A stretch of DNA of 59,097 nt from an uncultured Acidobacterium sp. (GTDB lineage: Bacteria; Acidobacteriota; Vicinamibacteria; Vicinamibacterales; UBA2999). Positions 1 through 8,756 of this stretch are shown piece by piece. The notes under the pieces were generated by a model. That model was not told the DNA's origin. It saw only the letters and a program-made list of their open reading frames with translations, and made no database searches. The translations under genes were made by a program, and so were the position numbers. Each line of letters opens with the position of its first letter. Position 1 is the stretch's first letter. Location: assembly GCA_964495855.1 (NCBI GenBank), contig CAZBYY010000001.1, positions 1-59,097 of the forward strand, given 5' to 3'.

Positions 1-544
1 CGTCGCGCACCTCGGCCGGGAGACGAAGCAGCCTCAGGATGTTGGCCACCGTCGTCCGGTCTTTACCAACCCGCAGGCCGATATCTTCCTGGGTCAGATG
101 AAATTCATCGGCGAGCCGCTGATACGCCAGGGCCTCTTCCAGCGGATTGAGGTTTTCCCGCTGGATGTTTTCGATGAGGGCCATTTCCAGCTGCGCCTGG
201 CGTTGCGTGTCGTCGACCTCTTTGACCGTGACGGGCACCCGGGTGAGACCCGCCAGCTGAGCGGCACGCCAGCGGCGCTCGCCGGCGATGATCTGGTAGC
301 GTTCGCGCGAGCCCGCCGGCCCATCAACGCGGCGCACGACGATGGGTTGAATCACGCCGTTGGCCTGGATCGATCGCGACAGATCGTCAAGACGCTCGGC
401 ATCCATCGGCCCGCGCGGTTGATAGTGATTCGGCTCGAGCTGATCGATGTCGACTTCGAACGTCGATCGCGGCGCCGAGATGGATTCAGCGGCGTCCGGG
501 ATGAGCGCGCTGAGTCCTTTGCCGAGTGCTGGTCTCTTCTCCAT
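1..544 (-). CDS. parB: ParB/Spo0J chromosome partitioning protein; the 3' end runs off the window and the first 181 codons are present
   Basis: Hand translation of the minus strand from ATG 544 (AGGAAG 6 nt upstream) gives MEKRPALGKGLSALIPD...LEMALIENIQRENLNPLEEALAYQRLADEFHLTQEDIGLRVGKDRTTVANILRLLRLPAEVRD, with the ParB box and HTH motifs. It lies directly downstream of parA. It is absent from the ORF track because it has no stop codon in the window. Confidence 0.9.
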   Translation of the reverse strand, partial: MEKRPALGKGLSALIPDAAESISAPRSTFEVDIDQLEPNHYQPRGPMDAERLDDLSRSIQANGVIQPIVVRRVDGPAGSRERYQIIAGERRWRAAQLAGLTRVPVTVKEVDDTQRQAQLEMALIENIQRENLNPLEEALAYQRLADEFHLTQEDIGLRVGKDRTTVANILRLLRLPAEVRD

Positions 545-583
545 TGTTCTTCCTGATGCCTGGGGCCCGGGGCGTGAGGCTTG

Positions 584-1366
584 TTACGCGAGCGCCGGCT
601 CGTTGCGTTCCAGCACTTCACGCGCGAAGGCGAAGTACGCCTCGGCGCCACGCGATTTCGCGTCGTAGGTCACCGCGGGCAACCCGTGACTGGGCGCCTC
701 GGCCAGCCGCACGTGGCGCGGGGTCACGGTGCGGTAGACCTTTTCCTTAAAGAACTCGCGTACATCGCGGCCGACCTGCTGACCAAGGTTCGTGCGCTCA
801 TCGTTCATCGTGAGCAGGACGCCTTCGATATCGAGCGAAGGATTGAGCGACGCACGCACGCGCCTCATGGTCGCAACGAGATCCGCGAGGCCTTCGAGCG
901 CGAAGTATTCGCAGTGCAGCGGGATCAACACGCGGTCGGCGGCAACGAGCGCGTTCAGCGTCAGTAACCCCAGCGAAGGCGGCGAGTCGATGATGATGAA
1001 ATCAAATTCGTCTCTTGCCTGCGCGAGCAGATCTTTCAGCCGTCGCTCTCGATCGCTGACGGTGATGAGTTCGATTTCAGCGCCGGAGAGATCACGTGTG
1101 GCGGGAATCAGGGACAAGCGCTCGGTCGCCGTTGGGATGATGAATTGGTGAACGTCGGCTGACGGATCAGTGATCGCTTCGTAGATTGTTCCGCCGGGGG
1201 CGCGCTGTCCCTTCTGGCCGACCCCGCTCGTCGCGTTACCTTGTGCGTCGCAATCGACCAGCAGCACGTTGCGTCCGTCGAGGGCAAGCGCGGCAGCCAA
1301 ATTGATCGCCGTGGTGGTCTTTCCCACTCCGCCCTTTTGATTGGTGACGGCTATAACCTTCGACAT
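584..1366 (-). CDS. parA: ParA/Soj chromosome partitioning ATPase
   Basis: Tracked ORF 584..1375. It has a deviant Walker A (KVIAVTNQKGGVGKTTTAINLA). The track start at 1375 is GTG. An in-frame ATG at 1366 gives the family-typical MSKVIAV N-terminus. Confidence 0.9.
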   Translation of the reverse strand: MSKVIAVTNQKGGVGKTTTAINLAAALALDGRNVLLVDCDAQGNATSGVGQKGQRAPGGTIYEAITDPSADVHQFIIPTATERLSLIPATRDLSGAEIELITVSDRERRLKDLLAQARDEFDFIIIDSPPSLGLLTLNALVAADRVLIPLHCEYFALEGLADLVATMRRVRASLNPSLDIEGVLLTMNDERTNLGQQVGRDVREFFKEKVYRTVTPRHVRLAEAPSHGLPAVTYDAKSRGAEAYFAFAREVLERNEPALA

Positions 1367-1476
1367 ATCAGCCACTTGGAGCTGTTTTGGTTAAATTACC
1401 TAAAATACTTATTGGCAGCGAGGAGCTACCAATCTAACCCACGGATAGAAGACCGGCAAGAGCGAAGTGAGTGATT

Positions 1477-1492
1477 TGTTCCACGTGGAACG
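1477..1492. promoter_or_regulatory. parS centromere-like site TGTTCCACGTGGAACG
   Basis: Core GTTCCACGTGGAAC is a perfect 14-bp palindrome. It matches 13 of 16 positions of the TGTTTCACGTGAAACA parS consensus. It lies in the parA-rsmG spacer, next to parAB. Confidence 0.75.
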
Positions 1493-1495
1493 TGG

Positions 1496-2197
1496 TCAGA
1501 CGCGGCTCTTGGCCAGGACGACCAGCTTTGAATGAAGAGCATCCACCAGCGGGTAGGTTGCCATCCACGCAAGTGGCGGTGGCGGCGCGTCCTCGAGATC
1601 GGCCCTGGTGGAACCCCGGAATAACAAGAGCTTCCCGCCTGGCCTGAGGAATGCCTGCAGGGTGTTCAGCGTTCTTGTCTCGACACGCACGGCGCGGATC
1701 GAAACGAGATCGAGGCCCTCGTGAAGCTCTGGCCTCGAGAGTAACTCTTCGAATCTCGCCGTTTCGACCCAGGCGGCCTTGAGGCCGAGAACTCGAACCG
1801 CTTCCCGGAGAAAGACACCCTTCTTGGTTTTCACTTCGACCATTCGGAGCGAGAGCTGAGGAGAGGCTAGCTTCAGAGGAATGGCTGGTGATCCACCACC
1901 CGACCCGGCGTCGAGCAAGGATCGGGCGCTATCGGGAACGAACCGGGCTGCGGCAACTGGCTCGATCAAGAGCCGATCGACCGCTTCATCGCTGCCGTCG
2001 GGTGTCAGTCGGAACGCGGTCAGATTGATCTTGGCGTTCCACTTGGTCAGGAGCTGGAAATACGACTCGAGATGGTCCAGCAGGTTGGGATCGAGGGTGA
2101 GCCCCGCGGCTCTGGCTCTTCGCTTCAGCCTCTCGCGGAACTCGCGGTTCGCCACACCCGAATCTTGCCATAACGGGCGACGCGCACACGGCCGCAA
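1496..2197 (-). CDS. rsmG: 16S rRNA (guanine527-N7)-methyltransferase RsmG/GidB
   Basis: Tracked 233-aa ORF (TTG start) with the LLTKWNAKINLTA motif and the SAM motif LLDAGSGGGSPAIPL. It has the conserved position downstream of mnmG. Confidence 0.85.
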   Translation of the reverse strand: MRPCARRPLWQDSGVANREFRERLKRRARAAGLTLDPNLLDHLESYFQLLTKWNAKINLTAFRLTPDGSDEAVDRLLIEPVAAARFVPDSARSLLDAGSGGGSPAIPLKLASPQLSLRMVEVKTKKGVFLREAVRVLGLKAAWVETARFEELLSRPELHEGLDLVSIRAVRVETRTLNTLQAFLRPGGKLLLFRGSTRADLEDAPPPPLAWMATYPLVDALHSKLVVLAKSRV

Positions 2198-2203
2198 GTC
2201 ACT

Positions 2204-4042
2204 CTAGAACCTGTCCAGGTAGGCGCCAACAACCGCAACAGCCGCCGGCGTCACACCGGGAATCCGCTGAGCTTGGCCCAGGGTTTCAGGCCGCGATTCG
2301 GAAAAGCGTTGCACCATTTCCCTGGAAAGACCAGGGACCCTCTCAAACGGAAACGCCTCCGGGATACGACGCATTTCCGCCTGGTTCGACCGTGCCACCG
2401 CTTGCTGCTGTCTCACCAGGTAGCCCTCGTATTTAATGGTCGTCTCGACCGACGCGATGTCAAGAGCACGGTCGGCCGGGATGGTATCGAGCGGGACCTC
2501 GCCCCCCTCAAGCAGATCGGTCAACGAGACTTCCGGACGTCGTAGGGCCTGCGCTGCCGTGACGCGTCCGCCGCCAATACGAACCAATGTCTGACGAATC
2601 CCCGTGAGGTTCCGCTCAAAACGCCGGTTTCGCTCCAGAAACCTCTCCCACCTCTCATCGTCAACCAAGCCCGCTTCACGTCCCTTCGGCGTCAGCCGCA
2701 GGTCGGCGTTGTCAATGCGCAGCAGAAGTCGATACTCCGCCCTGGAGGTGAACATTCGATATGGTTCGAGGCAGCCTTTCGTCACCAGGTCATCAACCAT
2801 GATGCCGAGGTACGCCTCGTCTCGACCGAACGTCAGCGCGCCCCGTTTCTTCGCCTGTAGGGCGGCGTTCAGACCGGCAATGATCCCCTGGCCGGCTGCC
2901 TCTTCGTACCCCGAGGTGCCGTTGATCTGGCCGGCGAAGAATAGCCCCGCAATCCGGTGCGTCTCGAGGGTCGATCGGAGCTCTGTCGGCTGGACGAAGT
3001 CGTATTCAACGGCGTAACCAGGCCGAAGCATTTCGGCAGACTCCAGGCCGGGCAGAGCGTGAATGAGTTCTTCTTGCGTTTCACGCGGGAGGCTCATCGA
3101 GAACCCGTTGACGTAGATCTCCTCGACGTCGAGCCCCTCTGGTTCAAGAAACAACTGGTGTCGCTCCCGGTCAGGGAACCGCATCACCTTGTCTTCCAGG
3201 GACGGGCAGTACCTTGGACCGACGCCAGAAATCTGGCCGTTGTAAAGGGGCGATTCCGCAATCGACGCACGCACGATCTTGTGAACGTGCTCAGTGGTGT
3301 GCAGCAGGTGGCACACTGCCGAATTCCTGGGTTCTTGATTGGCAATGAACGAGAACGCCATCGGGTTGGCATCGCCATGTTCCACGTGGAACACGCCACG
3401 TCTGACGGCATCACCGAAATCAATCGATTGCTTCGCTAGCCTGGGGGGAGTTCCTGTCTTGAGTCGACCCCATCGGAAACCGATGGACTTGATCGATTCG
3501 GAAAGGTCTTTCGACGGCGGTTCGTCGGCGCGACCGGCGGGCCGCTGCTCACGCCCGATGTGAATCAGGCCGTTCAGGAACGTCCCGGTTGTGATGATCA
3601 GTGTCTTGCAGCCGAAGCGGCGCCCGTCCTCCAGTTCGAGACCCACAATCCGACCGCTCTCATGAAGAACACGCCCTGCGCGACCCAAAATCCACTCGAT
3701 GTTGGATTGAGACTCGAGCGCACGACGCAGCCACGCTCCGTAGCGAGGCTTATCCGCCTGCGCCCGGGGCGACCACACGGCAGGGCCGCGGCTCCGGTTG
3801 AGCAGCTTGAATTGTATTCCCGTATCGTCGATTGCAAGTCCCATCAATCCGCCAAGCGCATCGATCTCTCGGACGAGATGCCCCTTTGCCGTGCCTCCGA
3901 CCGCCGGGTTGCATGGCATGTGTGCGACGGTTTCTCTGGTGAGCGTGCACAGGCCAACGCTGCACCCCAGCCTCGCTGCCGCCCATGCCGCCTCCACGCC
4001 GGCATGACCTGCGCCGATTACAATGACATCTAATTTAGTCAT
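2204..4042 (-). CDS. mnmG: tRNA uridine 5-carboxymethylaminomethyl modification enzyme MnmG/GidA
   Basis: 612-aa ORF starting with ATG. The N-terminal FAD motif is DVIVIGAGHAGVEAA. GidA-family sequence runs throughout (TGTPPRL, GQINGTSGYEEAAGQG). Confidence 0.95.
   Translation of the reverse strand: MTKLDVIVIGAGHAGVEAAWAAARLGCSVGLCTLTRETVAHMPCNPAVGGTAKGHLVREIDALGGLMGLAIDDTGIQFKLLNRSRGPAVWSPRAQADKPRYGAWLRRALESQSNIEWILGRAGRVLHESGRIVGLELEDGRRFGCKTLIITTGTFLNGLIHIGREQRPAGRADEPPSKDLSESIKSIGFRWGRLKTGTPPRLAKQSIDFGDAVRRGVFHVEHGDANPMAFSFIANQEPRNSAVCHLLHTTEHVHKIVRASIAESPLYNGQISGVGPRYCPSLEDKVMRFPDRERHQLFLEPEGLDVEEIYVNGFSMSLPRETQEELIHALPGLESAEMLRPGYAVEYDFVQPTELRSTLETHRIAGLFFAGQINGTSGYEEAAGQGIIAGLNAALQAKKRGALTFGRDEAYLGIMVDDLVTKGCLEPYRMFTSRAEYRLLLRIDNADLRLTPKGREAGLVDDERWERFLERNRRFERNLTGIRQTLVRIGGGRVTAAQALRRPEVSLTDLLEGGEVPLDTIPADRALDIASVETTIKYEGYLVRQQQAVARSNQAEMRRIPEAFPFERVPGLSREMVQRFSESRPETLGQAQRIPGVTPAAVAVVGAYLDRF
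3378..3393. promoter_or_regulatory. parS site TGTTCCACGTGGAACA, a perfect 16-bp palindrome inside mnmG
   Basis: Read directly from the sequence. Coordinates were anchored with the tracked ORF 3339..3563 (TGT codon at 3378). The core is identical to the intergenic site at 1477. Confidence 0.7.
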
Positions 4043-4107
4043 TAAATATCGCTTAATTATTCAATAATTAGATTCTTATAAAGCCGCTGTCCTATTGTCT
4101 GACGCGC

Positions 4108-5466
4108 TCACTTGCCGATGCAAAATCGTTCGAAAATGTGGCGCAACAGGTCGTCGGTGGTGCGTTTGCCGGTGATTTCCTCGAGGGCCGCATTCGCCTC
4201 CTGAAGATCGAGCAACGGGAACTCCTCCGACACTCGTGATTCAAGTGACAGGGCCGCCTGTTGTAGCGATGTCTTTGCGCGTTCGAGCAGGCGCGCGTGC
4301 CTAACGTTCGTGAGTGCCGGTGTGTCGCGCAAGGATTCGCCGGATGACAACCGGGCGGTGATCGCCTCGAGCAAGGCGTCGAAACCCGCTCCCGTCTTCG
4401 CCGACAGCTCTACCGGTTGCCACGGACTCACTTCTTCGGCCGACAGTGCGCGTGGAAGATCCGACTTGTTCACGACCACGACACGCGGACGATCCCTCGT
4501 CACGTCGAGGAGCTGTTGGTCCTGATGCAACAGCGGGCGCGATCGATCGAGCACGACGATCACGATGTCCGCCACAGCAATCGCTTGCCTCGCGCGCAGG
4601 ACGCCTTCCTGCTCGACGATGTCTTCGGACTCGCGGACGCCGGCCGTATCAATCAACGATAGCGACAGGCCGCCGATGTCGGCGCGCTCGGTCAAGAGAT
4701 CCCGTGTCGTGCCTGGGATGTCGGTAACGATGGCGCGCTGCGCGCCCACCAGCGCGTTGAAGAGGCTCGACTTGCCCACGTTGGGCGCACCCACGATGGC
4801 CACGTGTGCGCCCTCGCGGATCATCCGTCCGCGTGAGAACTGTTCAAGTAGCGCATCGATCAGCGCTATCACCCGTCCGATGGATGTCCGCGCTTCTTCC
4901 GGTGCAACGAAGTGGTAGCCCTCTTCAGGGAAATCGAGAGATGCCTCGAGTTTCGCCATCAAGTCGAACAATGCCTGATCGATCTCCGAGATTCGTTGCG
5001 TCAGCGTGCCTTCGAGCTGGTCGAATGCCGCCCGCGCTTGGAGTGGCGTGACGGCGTCAATCAAGTCGGCGACCGCCTCGGCTTGGACGAGATCGACCTT
5101 GTGATTGAGGAACGCGCGGAGTGTGAACTCGCCGGGTTCCGCCAGCCGCGCACCCGCATCCATGGCCGCGCGGACGACGGCGTTCAGGACGATGGGACTG
5201 CCGTGAACGGAAACCTCAACGACGTCCTCGCCGGTATAGGACGCGGGCGCCACAAAATGCGTCAGCACCCCTTTCTCACCAATTGGGTGACGGTCACCCA
5301 ATTTCAACATGGTGAAGGTTGCGTAACGCGGCTTGAGGGGGCGGACACGGCCGGCGAGGATCGATGCAATGCGCGGTGCGTCAGGACCGCTGATCCGAAC
5401 GACGCCGATGCCGCCGCGTCCGGGCGGCGTGGCGATGGCCACAATCGTGTCGTTCGTGGAGAACAT
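4108..5466 (-). CDS. mnmE: tRNA modification GTPase MnmE/TrmE
   Basis: Tracked ORF 4108..5568. An internal ATG at 5466 gives MFSTNDTIVAIATPPGRGGIGVVRISG, the canonical MnmE N-terminus. G1 motif GAPNVGKSS is present. The C-terminal tetrapeptide is CIGK. Confidence 0.9.
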   Translation of the reverse strand: MFSTNDTIVAIATPPGRGGIGVVRISGPDAPRIASILAGRVRPLKPRYATFTMLKLGDRHPIGEKGVLTHFVAPASYTGEDVVEVSVHGSPIVLNAVVRAAMDAGARLAEPGEFTLRAFLNHKVDLVQAEAVADLIDAVTPLQARAAFDQLEGTLTQRISEIDQALFDLMAKLEASLDFPEEGYHFVAPEEARTSIGRVIALIDALLEQFSRGRMIREGAHVAIVGAPNVGKSSLFNALVGAQRAIVTDIPGTTRDLLTERADIGGLSLSLIDTAGVRESEDIVEQEGVLRARQAIAVADIVIVVLDRSRPLLHQDQQLLDVTRDRPRVVVVNKSDLPRALSAEEVSPWQPVELSAKTGAGFDALLEAITARLSSGESLRDTPALTNVRHARLLERAKTSLQQAALSLESRVSEEFPLLDLQEANAALEEITGKRTTDDLLRHIFERFCIGK

Positions 5467-5588
5467 GCCGGGCGATGACCCTCGCCGGAGCTTACTACGC
5501 GTCTGGCAACGCAGCCTGCGTCGCTGACGGTCCGGCGACGCTGAAACGCACCCGTAGGGATTCAGCATCCCACACGGGCCGCCGGCAA

Positions 5589-6032
5589 CTACTTCACCGA
5601 GATGATGACCGTCTTCTCGAACGCGTCGCCGATGCTCTCCGACGTCACCGTCCCGAGCTCAGCGATCGCCAGGTGCACGATGCGCCGCTCGTACGGATTG
5701 AGCGGCCCGATCTCCTGCGCCAGGCCGGTGTCCTTGGCCTTGCCGCCGAGAAACAACGCCATCTGGCGCAGCTCGTCGTCTTTGCCTTTGCGATACCCCA
5801 TGCAATCCACCACGAGACGCCGGCCTTCGGTCGTCTCGTTGCGGAAGATCGCGGCCACGATGTGCTGCAGGGCGGCGAGCGCCTCTCCCTGGCGACGGGT
5901 CAGCATGTTGCCGTCTTCGCCGGTGAGGTTGATTCGGATGCCGTCGGGCATCTCCTCCGCACTGGCCTCGAGATCGAGGTCCATTGCATCAACGACCTGC
6001 TGCACGAACTCGGTGATGTCGGATGTCGCCAT
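5589..6032 (-). CDS. jag: Jag/KhpB-like KH + R3H RNA-binding protein
   Basis: Tracked ORF 5589..6125. ATG 6032 lies 13 nt after the yidC stop. An R3H-type segment is present (LNPYERRIVHLAI). It has the conserved yidC-jag-mnmE order. Confidence 0.8.
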   Translation of the reverse strand: MATSDITEFVQQVVDAMDLDLEASAEEMPDGIRINLTGEDGNMLTRRQGEALAALQHIVAAIFRNETTEGRRLVVDCMGYRKGKDDELRQMALFLGGKAKDTGLAQEIGPLNPYERRIVHLAIAELGTVTSESIGDAFEKTVIISVK

Positions 6033-6045
6033 AAGGATGTGCGGC

Positions 6046-7758
6046 CTATTTTGCCTTGGCTCGCGCTGGAGCGCCAATGAGATAGTTTGTGAAGTATTGC
6101 TGACCGATGGTGAACAAGGTAGCAACCAGCCAGTAGATCACCAGCCCGCTCGGGAAATTGAACGACATCACCAGGAACATGATGGGCATCACCATCATGA
6201 CTTTTTGCTGCGCCGGATCACCGCCGGCAGGCTGCAGTTTCATCTGGAGGAACTGCGCGGCGCCGTTCAGCACAGGGAAGATGAACAGCGGATCCGGCGC
6301 GGACAGGTTATGGATCCACCCCATGAAATCCGCGCCTCGAATCTCGATCGACTGCGACAGCATCGAGTAAAACGCGAACAGGAACGGAAAGGTCAAGAGC
6401 ATCGGCACGCAGCCGCTGGCCGGATTGACGCCCTTGGCCTTGTACAGCTCCATGATTTCCGTGTTCATCTTCTGCCGCTCAGGATCGGTCACCTTGTACT
6501 TCGCGTACCGATCCTGGATGGCTTTCATCTGCGGCTGGATCTCCTGCATCTTGCGCATGGAGACGACGCTCTTGTGGCGCAAGGGGAAGAGCGCGAAGTT
6601 GATCAGCAGCGTGAGCGCGATGATCGACCAGCCCCAGTTGCCGACGTATCCGTGAACCCACTTCAGCGCACCGAGCAGCGGCACGGCGAGCCAGGAGAAC
6701 ATGCCGTAGTTGATGACGCGCGTGGCCTCGGGACTGATCGCGCGGAGATCCTCGAAGCCTTTCGGGCCAAGGAAGAACTTTGACTGCTCTTGCGGTTGCG
6801 CAAAGCGCAACGCATACGCGACGTAATGCCCCACGATCGCCGGGTCGTCCTGTTGCGGCGCGAGCACGGGAGCGTAATCCATGCGAACCTGGGCTCCGGA
6901 CTCGTTCACCAGCATGGACACGAAGTAGTGGTCATCAACGCCCGCGTAGCGAAGTGATCCTTCCTGCGTGCCGGTGTCGCTCGCTCTGAGACGGGTGACC
7001 TTGCCGTCCTTGTGCACGAGAGGAGCCGCCGGCGTGTTGTAGCTCGGCGACAGGAACGAAGAAGGTTTGGAACGCGCGATCTCGTCACCGAGACCCGGTC
7101 CCCAATGAATCGTTGGATTCAGTTGCTGCGATCCGACGTGAATTTGCTGCGTCATCGCTATGACGTAGCTTGTCGGCTCCAGCGTGATGCGCTTGCGCAC
7201 ATTCAGGCCATCAGCCGATGCGGTCTCGAACTCGATCGTTTGTGCCGTGCTGGTGGCGTCGATCGACGTGCCCGCCGGCGCGCCGTTGACCGTCACGCGA
7301 TAGATCGATTCATTCAGTCGTGCGCTGATCTTCGCGTCATCAACCGTCAAGGAGAACGGCTTGATCGCCGACGCACCCGCGCCCTGTGGAACGAGATCGA
7401 GCGGTTGACCGTTGTCGTTTCGGAAATCTTTGAGCACCCAGTGCGTGAGCACGCCGCCACGGTTCGAGAACACCGCCTTCACTTTCGCCGTCTCCACAAC
7501 CACTTCGCGAGCGCCTGGCTCGGTGATGGTCGCCTCAGCCGCCGGGAGCGATGCGGGTGACGCCGCAGCCAGAGACGGCGCTGCCGGCTGTGTGGACGGC
7601 GACGCGGTCGTCGCGCTCGGCGACGCGGTTGCCGCCGGAGGACTCGTCGCAGCCGTTGCATTGGCCGGCGCTTCGGGGGGCGGCGGCATCACGAACCGCT
7701 GGAAGAGAAACAGGACGAGAAATGAAAGCGTGATTGCGAGAAGAACTCTGCGTTCCAT
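6046..7758 (-). CDS. yidC: Membrane protein insertase YidC
   Basis: Tracked ORF 6046..7878. ATG 7758 (MERRVLLAITLSFLVLFLFQ = TM1) follows the yidD stop at 7784. The C-terminal 60-kDa-IMP core is present (SWLAVPLLGALKWVH, NPASGCVPMLLTFPFLFAFY, GLVIYWLV). Confidence 0.9.
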   Translation of the reverse strand: MERRVLLAITLSFLVLFLFQRFVMPPPPEAPANATAATSPPAATASPSATTASPSTQPAAPSLAAASPASLPAAEATITEPGAREVVVETAKVKAVFSNRGGVLTHWVLKDFRNDNGQPLDLVPQGAGASAIKPFSLTVDDAKISARLNESIYRVTVNGAPAGTSIDATSTAQTIEFETASADGLNVRKRITLEPTSYVIAMTQQIHVGSQQLNPTIHWGPGLGDEIARSKPSSFLSPSYNTPAAPLVHKDGKVTRLRASDTGTQEGSLRYAGVDDHYFVSMLVNESGAQVRMDYAPVLAPQQDDPAIVGHYVAYALRFAQPQEQSKFFLGPKGFEDLRAISPEATRVINYGMFSWLAVPLLGALKWVHGYVGNWGWSIIALTLLINFALFPLRHKSVVSMRKMQEIQPQMKAIQDRYAKYKVTDPERQKMNTEIMELYKAKGVNPASGCVPMLLTFPFLFAFYSMLSQSIEIRGADFMGWIHNLSAPDPLFIFPVLNGAAQFLQMKLQPAGGDPAQQKVMMVMPIMFLVMSFNFPSGLVIYWLVATLFTIGQQYFTNYLIGAPARAKAK

Positions 7759-7783
7759 TGAAGGCTTTTGTGAGCTGCGTGAT

Positions 7784-8002
7784 CTAGTGGTGTGGAACCG
7801 GGTCGTAACCGTGACCGCCGAATGGGTGGCACCTGCAGAGGCGCTTGGTTCCCATCCAGCCGCCGCGCAGCACGCCATGTCGCGTAATTGCTTCGCTCAT
7901 GTAATCGGCGCACCCGGGTGTGTAGCGGCAGCTGCCTGAAAAGAACGGGGACAGCGTGAGCTTGTAGCCGCGGATCAGCGCGAGAGTGATGAGCTTAAGC
8001 AT
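7784..8002 (-). CDS. yidD: Membrane protein insertion efficiency factor YidD
   Basis: 72-aa ORF containing SCRYTPGCADY...RHG..RG...KRLCRCHPFGGHGYDPVP, the YidD signature. It lies between rnpA and yidC. Confidence 0.85.
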   Translation of the reverse strand: MLKLITLALIRGYKLTLSPFFSGSCRYTPGCADYMSEAITRHGVLRGGWMGTKRLCRCHPFGGHGYDPVPHH

Positions 8003-8342
8003 GCGCGGTTCTCGGCGCTCGGCGAGCCAGGAGCGCCGTGAATTCAGATTCCAGGCGTTCGTAGGGCGCAGTCAGCATTTCGCGGCGCGGCACGACAACC
8101 ACATCAACCGCCGTGGACGGCTTGTGGTGACGAAACAACTCACGCACCAGTCGCTTGGCGCGATTGCGTTCGACAGCGTCGCCCATCTTGCGCGTCGCTG
8201 CTATACCGAGACGGGCCGGACCCGTCTCGCGTTCCCTCGTGAACATCGTCATGAGGCGTCCGGAGCGTTTGAAACCTGACTTGTAAATGAGTTCGAAATC
8301 CGCTCGCTTGCGAACGTGTTCCGATGGGGTAAAGCGGGCCAC
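7995..8342 (-). CDS. rnpA: Ribonuclease P protein component
   Basis: 115-aa basic ORF with a GTG start. It contains the segment LGIAATRKMGDAVERNRAKRLVRE (RNR-type motif). It lies directly downstream of rpmH. Confidence 0.85.
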   Translation of the reverse strand: MARFTPSEHVRKRADFELIYKSGFKRSGRLMTMFTRERETGPARLGIAATRKMGDAVERNRAKRLVRELFRHHKPSTAVDVVVVPRREMLTAPYERLESEFTALLARRAPRTAHA

Positions 8343-8395
8343 AAGAGCCTGCCGCGCCGAAGCGCCCAGCCGGGCCGGGCGCGGAGGCGGGTCAC

Positions 8396-8560
8396 TTACT
8401 TCTCGTCGGAAACGGTGAGACGCTTGCGTCCCTTGGCACGCCGACGCTTCAACACCTTCTGGCCGTCTTTGGTTGCCATACGCGAGCGGAAGCCGTGGCG
8501 CTTGGCCCGGCGGCTCGTGTTGGGTTGAAACGTGCGCTTGCCCTTCTTCGATCTAGCCAT
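8396..8560 (-). CDS. rpmH: 50S ribosomal protein L34
   Basis: Too short for the ORF track. Hand translation gives [54 protein letters not shown] (54 aa, TAA stop). The L34 signature [17 protein letters not shown] is present. Confidence 0.9.
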   Translation of the reverse strand: MARSKKGKRTFQPNTSRRAKRHGFRSRMATKDGQKVLKRRRAKGRKRLTVSDEK

Positions 8561-8756
8561 TTTTCTCCTCCGCCTCGGCGGACGATCCGCTCCGGCGTGA
8601 CCACGCGACCACTCGCAAAGAGCAAGCGAAAGCGGGCTTGTCGAACTTTCGATTATAACCGGCTCAGCGTGCTAAAGTGTGCTTCCCTCCGCCGATTCTC
8701 GGCCCGACCTGAGCGAGCTTGTGCCTGCTTGGCGCGTCGAAGCGAGTCGAAGGAAG

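Noticed and set aside
98-556. 152-aa plus-strand ORF at the left edge, and the 77-aa and 99-aa minus-strand ORFs nearby
   Set aside because: The region is fully explained by parB on the minus strand in another frame, which has clear ParB box and HTH motifs.
8396-8560. Apparent absence of rpmH from the ORF track between rnpA and dnaA
   Set aside because: It is not missing. The 54-codon L34 gene is below the track's length cutoff and reads through cleanly on hand translation.
8652-8657. TATAAT on the minus strand (ATTATA on plus) ~90 nt upstream of rpmH as its -10 element
   Set aside because: I found no convincing -35 hexamer at 16-18 bp spacing. A single hexamer match is not enough to call a promoter.
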